The position numbers and the translations under genes were made by a program. A stretch of 64,000 nucleotides of DNA from the NCBI RefSeq assembly GCF_006345805.1, contig NC_043003.1, forward strand, positions 9,672,001 to 9,736,000, given 5' to 3'. The notes beneath the pieces are model-generated. The model had not been told where the DNA came from and did not search any database. It saw nothing but the letters and a program-made list of their open reading frames with translations. This document shows, one piece after another, positions 25,551-38,733 of this stretch; position 1 is the stretch's first letter, and each line of letters starts with the position of its first letter. The DNA comes from Octopus sinensis. Lineage: Eukaryota.

Positions 25551-26025
25551 GAGTGAGTGAGCATGCATGCCATCAATGTGACACTGGGCTAAAATATACG
25601 AAATCCAGTATTCCCATCATGACTACTCGTCTGATAAGGGTACACCAGGCACATGCATCACAATCATATGTGCGTGACATAGTGATCTCATATCAAGATA
25701 AAAAGCGCATGACCTTGCAAGTGGAGCCCAGTTAGAATTTTCTAACAGGTCGAGTAGGCCATTCCGCTGAAAAGGTCCCTGAATAAGGGTTGTTTAAGGA
25801 TGATGAACAAAACACCCGTGTTTCCAAAGGTGAATTATCCAAAGTCCAAAGAATCCATCTCAACACATGGTTATGATGCTCTCCCACTACTTCTGCCCGT
25901 GATCAAAGATGCGCATATGGTCAGCCACTAAGGAACATTCTCAGCTGATTAAAATCAAACAACTGACAAGCAAATCTGTGGTACGAAGCAGAATATTTGC
26001 TGTAGCCCATCTTTTATATCAAGAC
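25551..26025 (-). mobile_element. ~620-bp element, copy F (truncated)
   Basis: GAGTGAGTGAGC start directly after (ATT)n. Confidence 0.8.
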
Positions 26026-26027
26026 CG

Positions 26028-26333
26028 AATTTCTTCTTCCTCTTCTTCTTCTTTTTCTTCTTCTTCTTCTTCTTCTTCTTCTCCTTCTTTTTCTTCTTCT
26101 CTTTCTTCTTCTTCTTCTTCTTCTTCTTCTTCTTTTCTTCTTCTTCTTCTCCTTCTCCTTCTTCTTTTCTTCTTCTCTTTCTTCTTCTTCTTCTTTTCTT
26201 CTTCTCTTTCTTCTTCTTTCTTCTTCTTCTTCTTTTCTTCTTCTTTCTTCTTCTTCTTTTCTTCTACTTTTCTTCTTCTTCTTCTCTTCTTCTTCTTTTC
26301 TTCTACTTTTTCTTCTTCTTCTTCTCCTTCTTC

Positions 26334-26394
<61 letters not shown>

Positions 26395-26412
26395 GTTATT
26401 ATTATTATTATT
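26028..26412. repeat. (CTT)n then (ATT)n microsatellites
   Basis: Directly visible. It explains the Ser/Phe/Ile-rich ORF 25909-26460. Confidence 0.95.
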
Positions 26413-26800
26413 TTGCTTACTTTCGGGATCGATAAATTAAGCGCCTATGGAGCACGTTAATCATCTGGCCCCACCGTCCCCCAATTTCCAAACGTTGTTT
26501 CTATAGTACAAATGATTATTATTATTATTATTTTAGTATTATTATTAGTAGTATTTTCATTATTATCATTACCATCATCATTACGTAAGTATTTTGGAGT
26601 GGGAAAATCGTTAGAATGTCGAAAAACGAATTGCGTTATTTGTTCCAGCTCTTTATATTCCGAGGCGCAAATCTATCCTGAGGCCAAATTTTCCTTTCAT
26701 TCCTCGACAGTCAATTTAAAATGATTCAGCAGTCAACTATCAAAGTCCATAATATCGACTAACCTCACAAACTTACTGACTTTGTACCGAAATTCAGAAT

Positions 26801-26880
<80 letters not shown>

Positions 26881-27569
26881 GTTATTATTGGTAACATTAC
26901 TATTACTATCATTATAATTATCATTGATAATGTTGTTGTTGTTGCTGTTATCATTATATTTAGCAGTAGAGATATTTGATGTTGTCATTGGTGTCTGTAG
27001 TAATATTAGTAGCAAGATTGTATGTAGTAAATTTATTAACAATAGTCATGTTAGTAGAAGTAGTATAATGGTAGCTGTAGTAGTAATAGTTTTTCTTGTG
27101 ATTTTGTTGTAGTTCTAATATTGGCATAGAGTACATATTTTCATTATTAGCATATGTATGTAGATATATATATGTATGTGTGTGTGCGTGTGTGTGTGTA
27201 TGTGTGTGTGGGCGTTATTATGTGTGTGTGTGTGTGTGGGTATGTGTAGGTATAAAGTTTTGGTAGTGTATAGAATAGTATATTAGTAATAATAATAACG
27301 TTTGCAGAAGAAATGAAGAAATTATCCCTCACTGTGTTTATATGTAGGCACAGATTGTCCTCAAATTTCCTCAGGAAGTGAAATGAAATGGAACGAAATA
27401 TAATAAATAATATGAAGTAACATGATTACATCATTACATTTAAGAATTTTAATTGAAGTCTTCCAGTACCTGTATATAAATAACTTAATCAGCAATTACA
27501 TCATTTCACTTGACTAACGTCATTATTATTACAAGTGTTATATATCTATATCTATATACATCTATATAG

Positions 27570-27615
<46 letters not shown>

Positions 27616-29845
27616 CATATGCCTGTGTGTATGTGTGTGTATATACATATATACACAAATGAACTTATATATATATATTGTGTAAGTATATACACATGAG
27701 TGTGTTTCCTAGTGCGTGTATAACACTATTTTCATGCATATCATGTCCTCACGCAGTTGATTGAGTGGGTTTGCAATTTTTGCATATTAAGTGCAATATT
27801 AATCTTTAGACTTTCTAAATTCTATTTAGTCCTTAAGAAATTTGTCTATATTGTGTAGAGAATGATAAAGGTGATATATACCCTTGGTAAGAATAAAGAT
27901 GTATAATGACTCATAAAGTAAAAAATTTATCATTTCTCATGGCCAAATCATGTTTGTTTATTCTGTAAATATACACTCTAAGCCGCCTACTGTGTGCAAA
28001 CGCATATGCGATAATATACAGATTGTAAGAGATAGCTTGGTCATTTACTTAGTACAAAATCAGCGTTTTAGGATTATACTAAATGAAACAAGTCTTAAAT
28101 CACCTGCTAAATTTTACGTCTCAGTTTTTAAAGCTATTAAATATAGATACATATTTATTTTCACTTATTTTTCGCTCTATTAGTCTGTGTTATGAGTAGA
28201 ATATTGCTGATTTGCATCATTTCCCTCTCCTGTAAATGTAAGTTACTCCCATAAATATATAGAGTTGATAATAAATTATATATTTCATTAATTCGCAATT
28301 CATCATCCGATCAATAATAAAAGAAACACTTCCTCGCAGGAAACAACGGACACTATCAAAGACCTGTGAATTAGTTTCGACATAGAAAAGATGCTACAAT
28401 GTCAGTAAATATCGCAAATTATGAAACATTATTAGTGAAAGCCTTTGCTTCGTTTTCTTTTGAATTTAATTCATGGACGGTAAAATTGAATCTACCATAT
28501 CAAGTAAAACACATCTCGTTCCTATTAAGGTTTACAAAGAAAGTAAAATTTTAATCATGGTAAAATGCTAGATATAATCTTATAAATTATGAATTTAATT
28601 GGGACTACTAATAATTATTTTAGAAATGTTAATACTGTAATTTATGATCTTAATGTTGATAAAATATATTATTAATCTCAGAATTTATTTGTGTTTCAGT
28701 ATGTCAAAGCATGATTTTATGTTACTTTCATTTCATTTCATCAATATTGTCTGCAAACTGTCTTGTTAAACTTTGTATTTATTATTCATGTTGTAGATAT
28801 CTGTACACATATCCAATATATGTTGTTATCACAATAAACCACTAACATATTGTATTATTGTAAATATAACATTAAATGTGTATAACATTTTCTTTGAATG
28901 TTCATATTCTGTCAAATTAATTCTTTTTCTTTTTCTTGTGGTCTTATATTTCATGCTAAGTTTTCAAAATGTATATTTCCTTATCTAATGTAAGCGGTTC
29001 CATGTTTGTCATTTTGACATGTCACCCAAGGCCTCTCCTTATAATGATCACAATCCTGGGGTACATATTTTTACGATCATATTTATTCATAAAGGAAATA
29101 TGCTTATCACTATGTTCTATAATACAGAAAACAAGTTTCAAAATCGATTTCAGAAACTCAGGCTTAAAATGACAGGTGTTTTATCAAATTTTTCATTACG
29201 TTCATTAATGTGAACTAATAAATAATTTCAAAAATATAGTAAATACTATCAACTACTTGATAAATCAATCGGTTGTATCAAAAATGTTTAAAATATTTTT
29301 AATTGCATCTCCGACTAATGTTGGTAAACTATTGGTATCAAAAACTATTAGACAAAAACATTGATGATTCAAGGCGATGCCGTTGAACAGACATAGAGGT
29401 AGTATCTTTTAATGGACTTTACCTAGATGAGCTGTATTTCCATTAGTTATCTAGAATATGCTTTATGGATATAATAAAATAGGAAACAATCTTCTGTAAT
29501 TCCCTTTTATATTAATAGATTATAGACATGTAATTAAATTATAATATCCGACGTGAAAGCAGTGTAACTTTTTTAATATTTTCTGCATTGATTTGTTTCT
29601 ATCTATCATATCAAAATTCTTCAAATTTCATTAGGATAATTAAGCCATCCAAATAGAGTTCTTCCAATTATTAAAATTATATTTATTGATAAAAATGAAG
29701 TATATTTGTGGTAAGCAAATTTTGACTGGAAAAGTTTTAGTAACATTAACTAAGCACACTCGCACAAGCACACGTAGGTCTTGTATACATACAAACGCAT
29801 AAGTATATATATTACATACACACACATGTATACATATACTTACAC

Positions 29846-29957
<112 letters not shown>

Positions 29958-30029
29958 AAATATTGGGGAATAAATCCAAACTTACAGGGAAAAATCAGAT
30001 TTAGGATTGAATCCAATTTTATAGTAAAA

Positions 30030-30143
30030 TATTATATTAAGTTAGAGATAAAACCACTATTAGGCAAATCATTTGATTTATATTTAAATTCCATATAAAT
30101 ATGATTTGCCTAATAGTGGTTTTATCTCTAATTTAATATAATA
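30030..30143. repeat. Near-perfect fold-back (43-bp arms, 1 mismatch) within (TA)n; MITE-like
   Basis: TATTATATTAAGTTAGAGATAAAACCACTATTAGGCAAATCAT at 30030-30072 and its reverse complement at 30101-30143. Confidence 0.85.
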
Positions 30144-30467
30144 TATATATATATATATATAATATATATATATAGATATATATATATAATATATAATATA
30201 CATACATACATATATACATACACACATATATATATATATATATATATAATATCGATAAGTTTAATTACAAATTTGCTTAGAAATATTTATTTTAACCTCG
30301 CAGTGAAACCAAATCTCTGTTAGCAACAGAACTCTCATTAGCTTCAAATAATTGACTTTCATCACCTAGGAAGATCGAGTATCAATAACATCTTCGTCTA
30401 TATTCGTCAACTCACTTCTAGAGACTGAGTGAATATATTTAGCATTACTTAATGAATTGTATATATA

Positions 30468-30646
30468 GGCGCAGGAGTGGCTGTGTGGTAAGTAGCTTGT
30501 TTACCAACCACATGGTTTCGGGTTCAGTCCCACTGCGTGGCACCTCGGGTAAGTGCCTTCTGCTATAGCCTCGGGCCGACCAATGCCTTGTGAGTGGATT
30601 TGGTAGACGGAAACTGAAAGAAGCCTGTCGTATATATGTATATATA

Positions 30647-30704
<58 letters not shown>

Positions 30705-30911
30705 ATGTGTGTGTATATGTTTGTGTGTGTCTGTGTTTGTCCCTCTAGCATTGCTTGACAACCGATGCTGGTGTGTTTACGTCCCCGTTACTTAGCGGTT
30801 CAGCAAATGAGACCGATAGAATAAGTACTGGGCTTACAAAGAATAAGTCCCGGGGTCGTTTTGCTCGACTAAAGGCGGTGCTCCAGCATGGCCGCAGTCA
30901 AATGACTGAAA
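30468..30911 (+). mobile_element. tRNA-derived SINE (OK-like) with internal (TA)n(TG)n
   Basis: A-box-like TGGCTGTGTGG, B-box-like GGTTCAGTCCC and GGCACCTCGGGTAAGTG block. 3' end reads GCATGGCCGCAGTCAAATGACTGAAAC. Homologous to 55872, 58741 and 60996. Confidence 0.9.
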
Positions 30912-32490
30912 CAAGTAAAAGAGTAAAAGAGTAAAAGAGTAAAAGTGTAAAAGAGTAAAAGAGTAAAAGAGTAAAAGAGTAAGAGAGTAAAAGAGTATAA
31001 AAGAGTAAAATATAAAAGAGTAAAAGAGTAAGAGAGTAAAAGAGTAAAAGAGTAAAAGAGAAGAGAGTAAAAGAGTAAAAGAGTAAAAGAGTAAAAGAGT
31101 AAGAGAGTAAAAGAGTAAAGAGTGTTAAAAGAGTAAAAGAGTAAAAGAGTAAAAGAGTAAGAGAGTAAAAGAGTAAAAGAGTAAGAGAGTAAAAGAGTAA
31201 GAGAGTAAAAGAGTAAAAGAGTAAAAGAGTAAGAGAGTAAGAGAGTAAAAGAGTAAAAGAGTAAGAGAGTAAAAGAGTAAAAGAGTAAAAGAGTAAGAGA
31301 GTAAAAGAGTAAAAGAGTAAGAGAGTAAAAGAGTAAAAGAGTAAAAGAGTAAGAGAGTAAAAGAGTAAAATAGTAAAAGAGTAAAAGAGTAAAAGAGTAA
31401 GAGAGTAAAAGAGTAAAAGAGTAAAAGAGTAAGAGAGTAAGAGAGTAAAAGAGTAAAAGAGTAAAAGAGTAAGAGAGTAAGAGAGTAAAAGAGTAAGAGA
31501 GTAAGAGAGTAAGAGAGTAAAAGAGTAAAAGAGTAAGAGAGTAAGAGAGTAAGAGAGTAAAAGAGTAAAAGAGTAAGAGAGTAAGAGAGTAAAAGAGTAA
31601 AAGAGTAAAAGAGTAAAAGAGTAAGAGAGTAAAAGAGTAAAAGAGTAAAAGAGTAAGAGAGTAAAAGAGTAAAAGAGTAAAAGAGTAAGAGAGTAAAAGA
31701 GTAAAAGAGTAAAAGAGTAAGAGAGTAAAAGAGTAAAAGAGTAAAAGAGTAAGAGAGTAAAAGAGTAAAAGAGTAAGAGAGTAAAAGAGTAAAAGAGTAA
31801 AAGAGTAAGAGAGTAAAAGAGTAAAAGAGTAAAAGAGTAAGAGAGTAAAAGAGTAAAAGAGTAAAAGAGTAAAAGAGTAAGATAGTAAAAGAGTAAGAGA
31901 GTAAAAGAGTAAAAGAGTAAAAGAGTAAAAGAGTAAGAGAGTAAAAGAGTAAAAGAGTAAAAGAGTAAAAGAGTAAGAGAGTAAAAGAGTAAAAGAGTAA
32001 AAGAGTAAAAGAGTAAGAGAGTAAGAGAGTAAAAGAGTAAAAGAGTAAAAGAGTAAAAGAGTAAAATAGTAAAAGAGTAAGAGAGTAAGAGAGTAAAAGA
32101 GTAAGAGAGTAAAAGAGTAAAAGAGTAAAAGAGTAAAAGAGTAAGAGAGTAAGAGAGTAAAAAAAAAGTAAAAGAGTAGTAAAAGAGTAAAAGAGTAAAA
32201 GAGTAAAAGAGTAAGAGAGTAAGAGAGTAAGAGAGTAAAAGAGTAAAAGAGTAAAAGAGTAAGAGAGTAAGAGAGTAAGAGAGTAAAAGAGTAAAAGAGT
32301 AAGTAAAAGAGTAAGAGAGTAAGAGAGTAAGAGAGTATAAGAGTAAAAGAGTAAGAGTAAGAGAGTAAGAGAGTAAAAGAGTAAAAGAGTAGAGAGTAAG
32401 AGAGTAAAAGAGTAAAAGAGTAAGAGTAGAGAGTAAGAGAGTAAGAGAGTAAAAGGTAAAAGAGTAAAAGAGTAGTTAAAGAGTAAAAGA
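30912..32490 (+). repeat. 8-bp satellite (AAAAGAGT / AAGAGAGT)n, about 1.6 kb, expanded SINE tail
   Basis: Continuous with the SINE 3' end. The same unit appears as a 2-copy tail at 61388-61405. Confidence 0.95.
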
Positions 32491-32499
32491 GTATATATA

Positions 32500-33100
32500 T
32501 TGGGGACTGATCTCAAATATTTATGTGAGTGGTCCGCAGAAGAAACTGTATTCAGGTTGTAAGCAAATTTTTCGAGATTAGTGAAATTGATGCCGTTAAT
32601 TCCCGTTTCAATAGTTGCAAATGAAGCGCTACAGGATAACATTTCTCGATGTAGATCTCCCAAGATTAGATATTCTCGGAAAAAGACTAGTTGAGTGGCT
32701 AGTGGTGGTGAAGAGGAGGGGGTAGTTACGGTGGTACAAGAAAATGAGAGACGAGTGAGTGGAAGTTTCGTGACTGGCGATGGCGTGAGAGCAGATAGTC
32801 CTTGACTACAAGCCTAGTTAGTATTCCAAGAAAAGGCAGAAATGAGGCAGCAGGTCTGTGAGGCAGGATTGTGTTTGTAAGTTACTTTATAGAAACAAGA
32901 AGAGTGGAGTATCGTTGAATGCAGTCTAAGATGTCTTTCAGAGTAACCATAATGCCGACCAATATCTAGGACAGTACACCATCGTAGATTACAGCTGAGC
33001 TAGATAACTCTTAGAATTTAAATTATGTTCTGTGTCCGAACTAGTAAACCAGTCTTTGAGAGGTAGCTTTTGCTTTCTGCATTTTCGTCAGGAGATTTCC
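32500..33100 (-). mobile_element. Possible APE-endonuclease relic of a LINE
   Basis: Minus strand reads EYLILGDLH (GDFN-like) with a downstream ADH. Only short motifs support this. Confidence 0.35.
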
Positions 33101-34781
33101 TCAGTAGCAGTAAGACCTGACAGTTGAACCGATATGTGGTGTACTTCATATTAAAGAGCTATGTTGTACGATAAACTTCTATTACTATGAATAGATTATA
33201 TGTATACTTCCTGTAGAAGGAAACATGATTGGCATGACCACATTGGACAATATACGTAGTAGTTAAGCTTGCACTTGAAATTAATTAACTGGAGCACTTT
33301 GGTTATTTGAAATTAAATTTATAAAGAAAGTTATAGCTACATATTTACACAGTGTATATTTTGCTTCAATATGAAAATCAATCCCCTTGTTAAAATACAG
33401 GTCACCATATCGGGTCTTGTCCCATCCTGTTTTTACATTGCATATAACCGTATTCACTAAGTAGTCTCATCAGCAAAAGAAGTGATAAAATTTTGACGAG
33501 GCTTTAACATCAGTCGAAAGCATTTCTTAAAGTATTACTGAGAAAGTTGTGTTGTAGTACGGGTCCATTTAGGTAATGAGGCGAAAATAAAATTATTAAG
33601 CATCTTAATTATTGCTGATATCTTAAAATGAATTTCTCTCATGTGTGTATATAGATACCAACTGCCTGTTTTAAATAATTTCCATTCGATTTATAATTAT
33701 GTTATACCTTCCTACAAATTTATAATAAACTTTTGCAAGTATCAATGTTACAACGGATCACTTTTCTAGTACATACCACACTGCATTTTAGCTCATCTTA
33801 AATTCCATATAAAGTCAAGCTGTGATGTCTCATTATTTTTGCATTTGCTATGGAGGAAAAGCACGTATTTAATAAATATTTTCTTTACCAGAATTGACAA
33901 AACCTGATATGAAGTAACCTCTTTACCATCTATCCATAGGAATTTCAGATTGTTTAAAATGTTACACACACACACACACACACACGCACACACACACAAA
34001 CAGACACGCTCACACATGCACGCACATGTACGCACACACACATGCACGCACGAACGCACGCACGCATGTACGCACCCATTCACACACACATATATATACA
34101 CACAGGAAGAGAGCGAGAGAGCGAGAGAGCGAATGAGAAAGATAGACAGACAGAGGCAGACAGATAGACAGAACGAAAAGACGTGTGCCAGAGGAGGAAC
34201 ACTGAGAGACAACTCTTAAATTTGTATTTAAATACAAGAAAATAATGCCGAGCAATTGACAGAGCTTTCCTGCGTCGAAATCTAATGGTATGTGAAGGGA
34301 TTTAACTGACTCCATAAACTTCATATTTCGAAAATCTAAATTGCGCCAGGCTTCTCTCTGTCCCTGGATTTTGCGAGACAATACCTCTACGTACTAATAT
34401 AGCTCCTCAGTCACAACTCTTCTTAAGTGAATGCAGAAAAAAAAACCGACCAGAATATCATATACGTCCACATATCCGTGACTACGATCACTGAAAACAA
34501 AAGTGGTTTATGTCATAACTTTTAAAAGATCTTCAACTAATGAAAGAAACTGTTAATTATTCACCGACAGGCATACATATTCCAAAAGAAATATATAATC
34601 GGGTCTGAAAAAATAATATAATTGATAGCCAGTAGTGTAGCAACAGTAACAGAGTACCATCAAATATATCTCAAACTGCACACGTGCGCACGAAATTGAC
34701 CAACAGAATTTGGGACGATGCTAATTCGTATGAATTTGAATTTTCTGTAACACCGGCAACGATCTATTTCCCAGTACATTA

Positions 34782-34827
<46 letters not shown>

Positions 34828-36125
34828 ATTAGTTCATTAGATTAATCCGTGGTGTAATTGCTATGCAGAGACATACGCTTGAATATGTGCGCACCAAGAC
34901 AGCACATATCAACTTAACGATTCTTTCCTTCTCTCACTCCTCCTTTAATTCTGTTACCGTTGTTCGCTCCCTAATTTGTGACTCCGGGCAACGTCCCTTA
35001 TAGGCCTAAATAAAAATGATATATATTTGTGCACGCAAGCACAAACACACACATACACTCAGTCACACACCACACACAAACACACACTAGCATGTTTGTG
35101 TGAATGCATTCGTTTGTTTGTACGCACATGTAATATATCCCTATTTGGCTAGAATTCTCTAGCAACTCTAGTGTTTACACGGTTTCTACCTACTTGCCTT
35201 CATCTCCAACAACACCCACATTAATGAATATAATATTGTGTTTCTATCCTTCTTAATCTTCCGTAACATTAGTGTCAACCTCATACAGCTGTACAAGTGG
35301 AACGTTAACGGCATCTACCTGACCAGTCAAAGAGTGTCTGCGATAACCATAAACGCAGTGTCTTCTTCAGAAAAAGAACGTAACATAATTTCGCAAACAC
35401 ACACATATGTATTTGATATCATATTATTGAATATTAGACACCTGAAAACAGATGTTCAACTTTCATATTGTTTTCTTGATGACTGTTCATATTCAGTCTA
35501 ATATGCAATAATTTAATACATGTATAAGAATGTGAGTCACACACATAAATGTTCTTTTATTCTATGTGCACACAGTTATGTACCCACACAATGTGTTTCA
35601 AACAATCCACTTTGTACATAATTTCTTATTTTCAAATAATTATCCTTGCATATTTATATGTTTATAAACATCGTATTCAGGTCATATATCCACGCATTTA
35701 TTCATCGGATACTTAGCAACTGTATATAAAATAAAGACTTTATGACATGTATGTTTGTTTATATTTTGTATTAATCTATCTTAAAATCCAGTTTTACAAT
35801 TTAATATCAAACATTCTTTGGAAAGTATACTGATATTTGCTTTATATTTAATTTAATTGTGTGATAAATCATTACTAATAATATCACACGCAAATTTTAT
35901 AATGTAATTTTCATTGAAAACATCTGAATTTCAAAAATTTCATTTCATCATCAAAATTTGTTATTAATGTTTATTCGTAACTTATTGTTTTTTGAGAATG
36001 TTTTTATAACAGACATAGTTTTGATGCATATGCTGACATTAACGACACATTTTCTTAAATTTTAATAAAAATTAAAGTCATAAACCCCAAAATGAAACAA
36101 ATTTTATCCTCTGAATCTATTTCAG

Positions 36126-36355
36126 TTGAACCGAAAAGCAGCAAGAAAACTCGCTTGAAGGCGTTCAGCAGTTCCTTAGATACACCGAATAGCCGGAAAG
36201 CATCCAAAGAGTCAGTTTCGACATTGATTCGGGAAAACCACAAGCCTCAACCCGACGTACAGGTCGGAATTGAAGAGGACCAGAAGAGCCCGGATAGTGT
36301 GATTTGTAATGATCTTGAGGACATTGAAAGTAACAGCAGTCAATCCAGACCATAA
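36126..36355 (+). CDS. Candidate terminal coding exon, Ser/Lys/Glu-rich disordered C-terminus of an unidentified protein
   Basis: Pyrimidine-rich acceptor TTTTATCCTCTGAATCTATTTCAG precedes a non-repetitive, higher-GC open frame (EPKSSKKTRLKAFSSSLDTPNSRK...SQSRP*) in otherwise AT-rich DNA. No family was recognised. Confidence 0.4.
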
Positions 36356-36671
36356 TATCAGCAATATGTTGATGGCAACGTCTGCTTGTGCGCAATCAAA
36401 AAACACGCTAAACTAGTGAAACTAGTGCAAGCAATAGAGACTAAAATAATATTCGCCCTGTTCTGCTGAGCACTAGTTATTACTTTTTATATTTTTTTCA
36501 TTCATTGTTTTTTTTATATATAAATGTATATTATAAATATATGTATATATATATATATAAACATATATAAACATAAATATATATATGTATATAAAAACAT
36601 ATATATATATACATATCTGTATATGCAAGTATATGTATATATATAACATACATGCATATGTGTGTGTATAT

Positions 36672-36705
<34 letters not shown>

Positions 36706-36782
36706 CACACAATAAGTATGCATGTGCATAGAGCCACATACATATATGAATATATATACATATATATACACATGGGTATATA

Positions 36783-36831
<49 letters not shown>

Positions 36832-37145
36832 ATATATATATACAATTGGTCAGTTATGGGTCACTTCCATTGTAGACGTTGTAGGTGGAGGGATTATGAA
36901 GCATAAATTACAAACAGTATATTGGTAAATATGCATATATATGTATGTATATATATGTACGCATGCATGTATATATTATATATATATATAATATTTATAT
37001 ATATAAGATATATATGTATATAAGTATATAGTTATATAGATACATATATGTATATGTACGTTTGCATACATCTCTTAGTAAATTAGTACAAGCAATTATA
37101 ATACAGCATTTACAAATCACATCACATCAGACGCACAAAGAAATA

Positions 37146-37195
<50 letters not shown>

Positions 37196-37196
37196 A

Positions 37197-37227
<31 letters not shown>

Positions 37228-37233
37228 TATATG

Positions 37234-37264
<31 letters not shown>

Positions 37265-37496
37265 TATATATGTACGTATATATATACATACATATATAGT
37301 TATATATATATGTGCATATATATAACTATATATGCATATGCGTGTCTGTGTGTACGTATGTCTTTAAATATGTTTTTATTTGTATATATATATATGCATA
37401 TATATTACATATGCATATATATGTATGTATATATTATATATATATTATAAATGCATATATATGTATACGTATCTATTTATATATAAATATATATAT

Positions 37497-37546
<50 letters not shown>

Positions 37547-38678
37547 TATGTAAGATACATGACTCCTGCAACTAACCTTTTCTAAATATTCTAATTGTTA
37601 GTGAATATGCATAGATGTATATATGTATGTCATTATTATCAATATACATACATATATTAATATAATTATACGTATAAATATATCATATGCAAATACATAT
37701 ACATACGTACACACACTAACACATATTCGTTGGCGAATACATTCTTAGCTACCCGTGTATTTACTTATATATGCATTGATATCCATATGTACATATGTAT
37801 ATATATATATTTATGCGTATATATATGTTTATAGATATGTATATATGTGCATATATTTGTTTGTATGTATATGTATGAGTCTATTTATGCCTGGTTCTTA
37901 CAATCATTCGTACACACAAATATACATACACGAAAATGCACACACACACTCACCCACACATCCACACACGCACACACACACACACTAAATGGGGAAAATG
38001 GAACACATGTAGCAGGCAACATGGAGTCTGGCTGATTGGAAACACTCTTCCATCATAATAATCTTTCGCTGTGTATTCATTATCATTGAGCCTTTGCATA
38101 ATATTTGTTCCCATCTTTCTCTAACTCTCCCTTATTATGTCACTCTACCTAAATATATTACAATCTACTGCATCCACCTAATCTAAATATCAATTTTTTG
38201 TAGCAGATTCCATACCCAAGAAATAATGAATCATATTAAAGAGAAATGTAAAGATGAACAAATGTAACATATTAGCATTTATAAACAATTTTCTCTTATG
38301 ATTTTCTTTTACATACTAACTTCATATTTTGTTAAATAATCCTCATATTATAAAAAGTGAATACAATTTTTTCATTACGTTGTTTATTGTTGCAGTACTG
38401 GTCTCTCTTCTCTCCTCAGTATTTATGCATTTTATATGTAAATGCCTGAGTATAGACTCACACATACATTTTACTTAAATAGACATATTTATATACATGT
38501 ATGTGTGTGTGTGCGTGTATATATGCGAACAGAATGCTATATATAGATGTGAACTATATAGATACATTGACGTAGAAATCTACACGCAGACACACACACA
38601 CATACATACACATATATATATATGTATACGCATATACACACATAAATATTATATACTGACATAGATATATTTATACAG

Positions 38679-38733
<55 letters not shown>

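Noticed and set aside
28969-29213. Possible 145-bp internal exon (29030-29174)
   Set aside because: Splice sites are weak, the composition is AT-rich like the background, and the peptide is not recognisable.
31125-32663. 512-aa minus-strand ORF (LLLFYSFT repeats)
   Set aside because: It is a read-through of the (ACTCTTTT)n satellite, which has no stop codon in any minus frame. Not evidence of a protein.
34010-34381. Minus-strand 123-aa ORF / plus-strand micro-exon ending ATG|GTATGT
   Set aside because: The ORF runs into microsatellite and has no recognisable motif. The micro-exon cannot be supported without RNA data.
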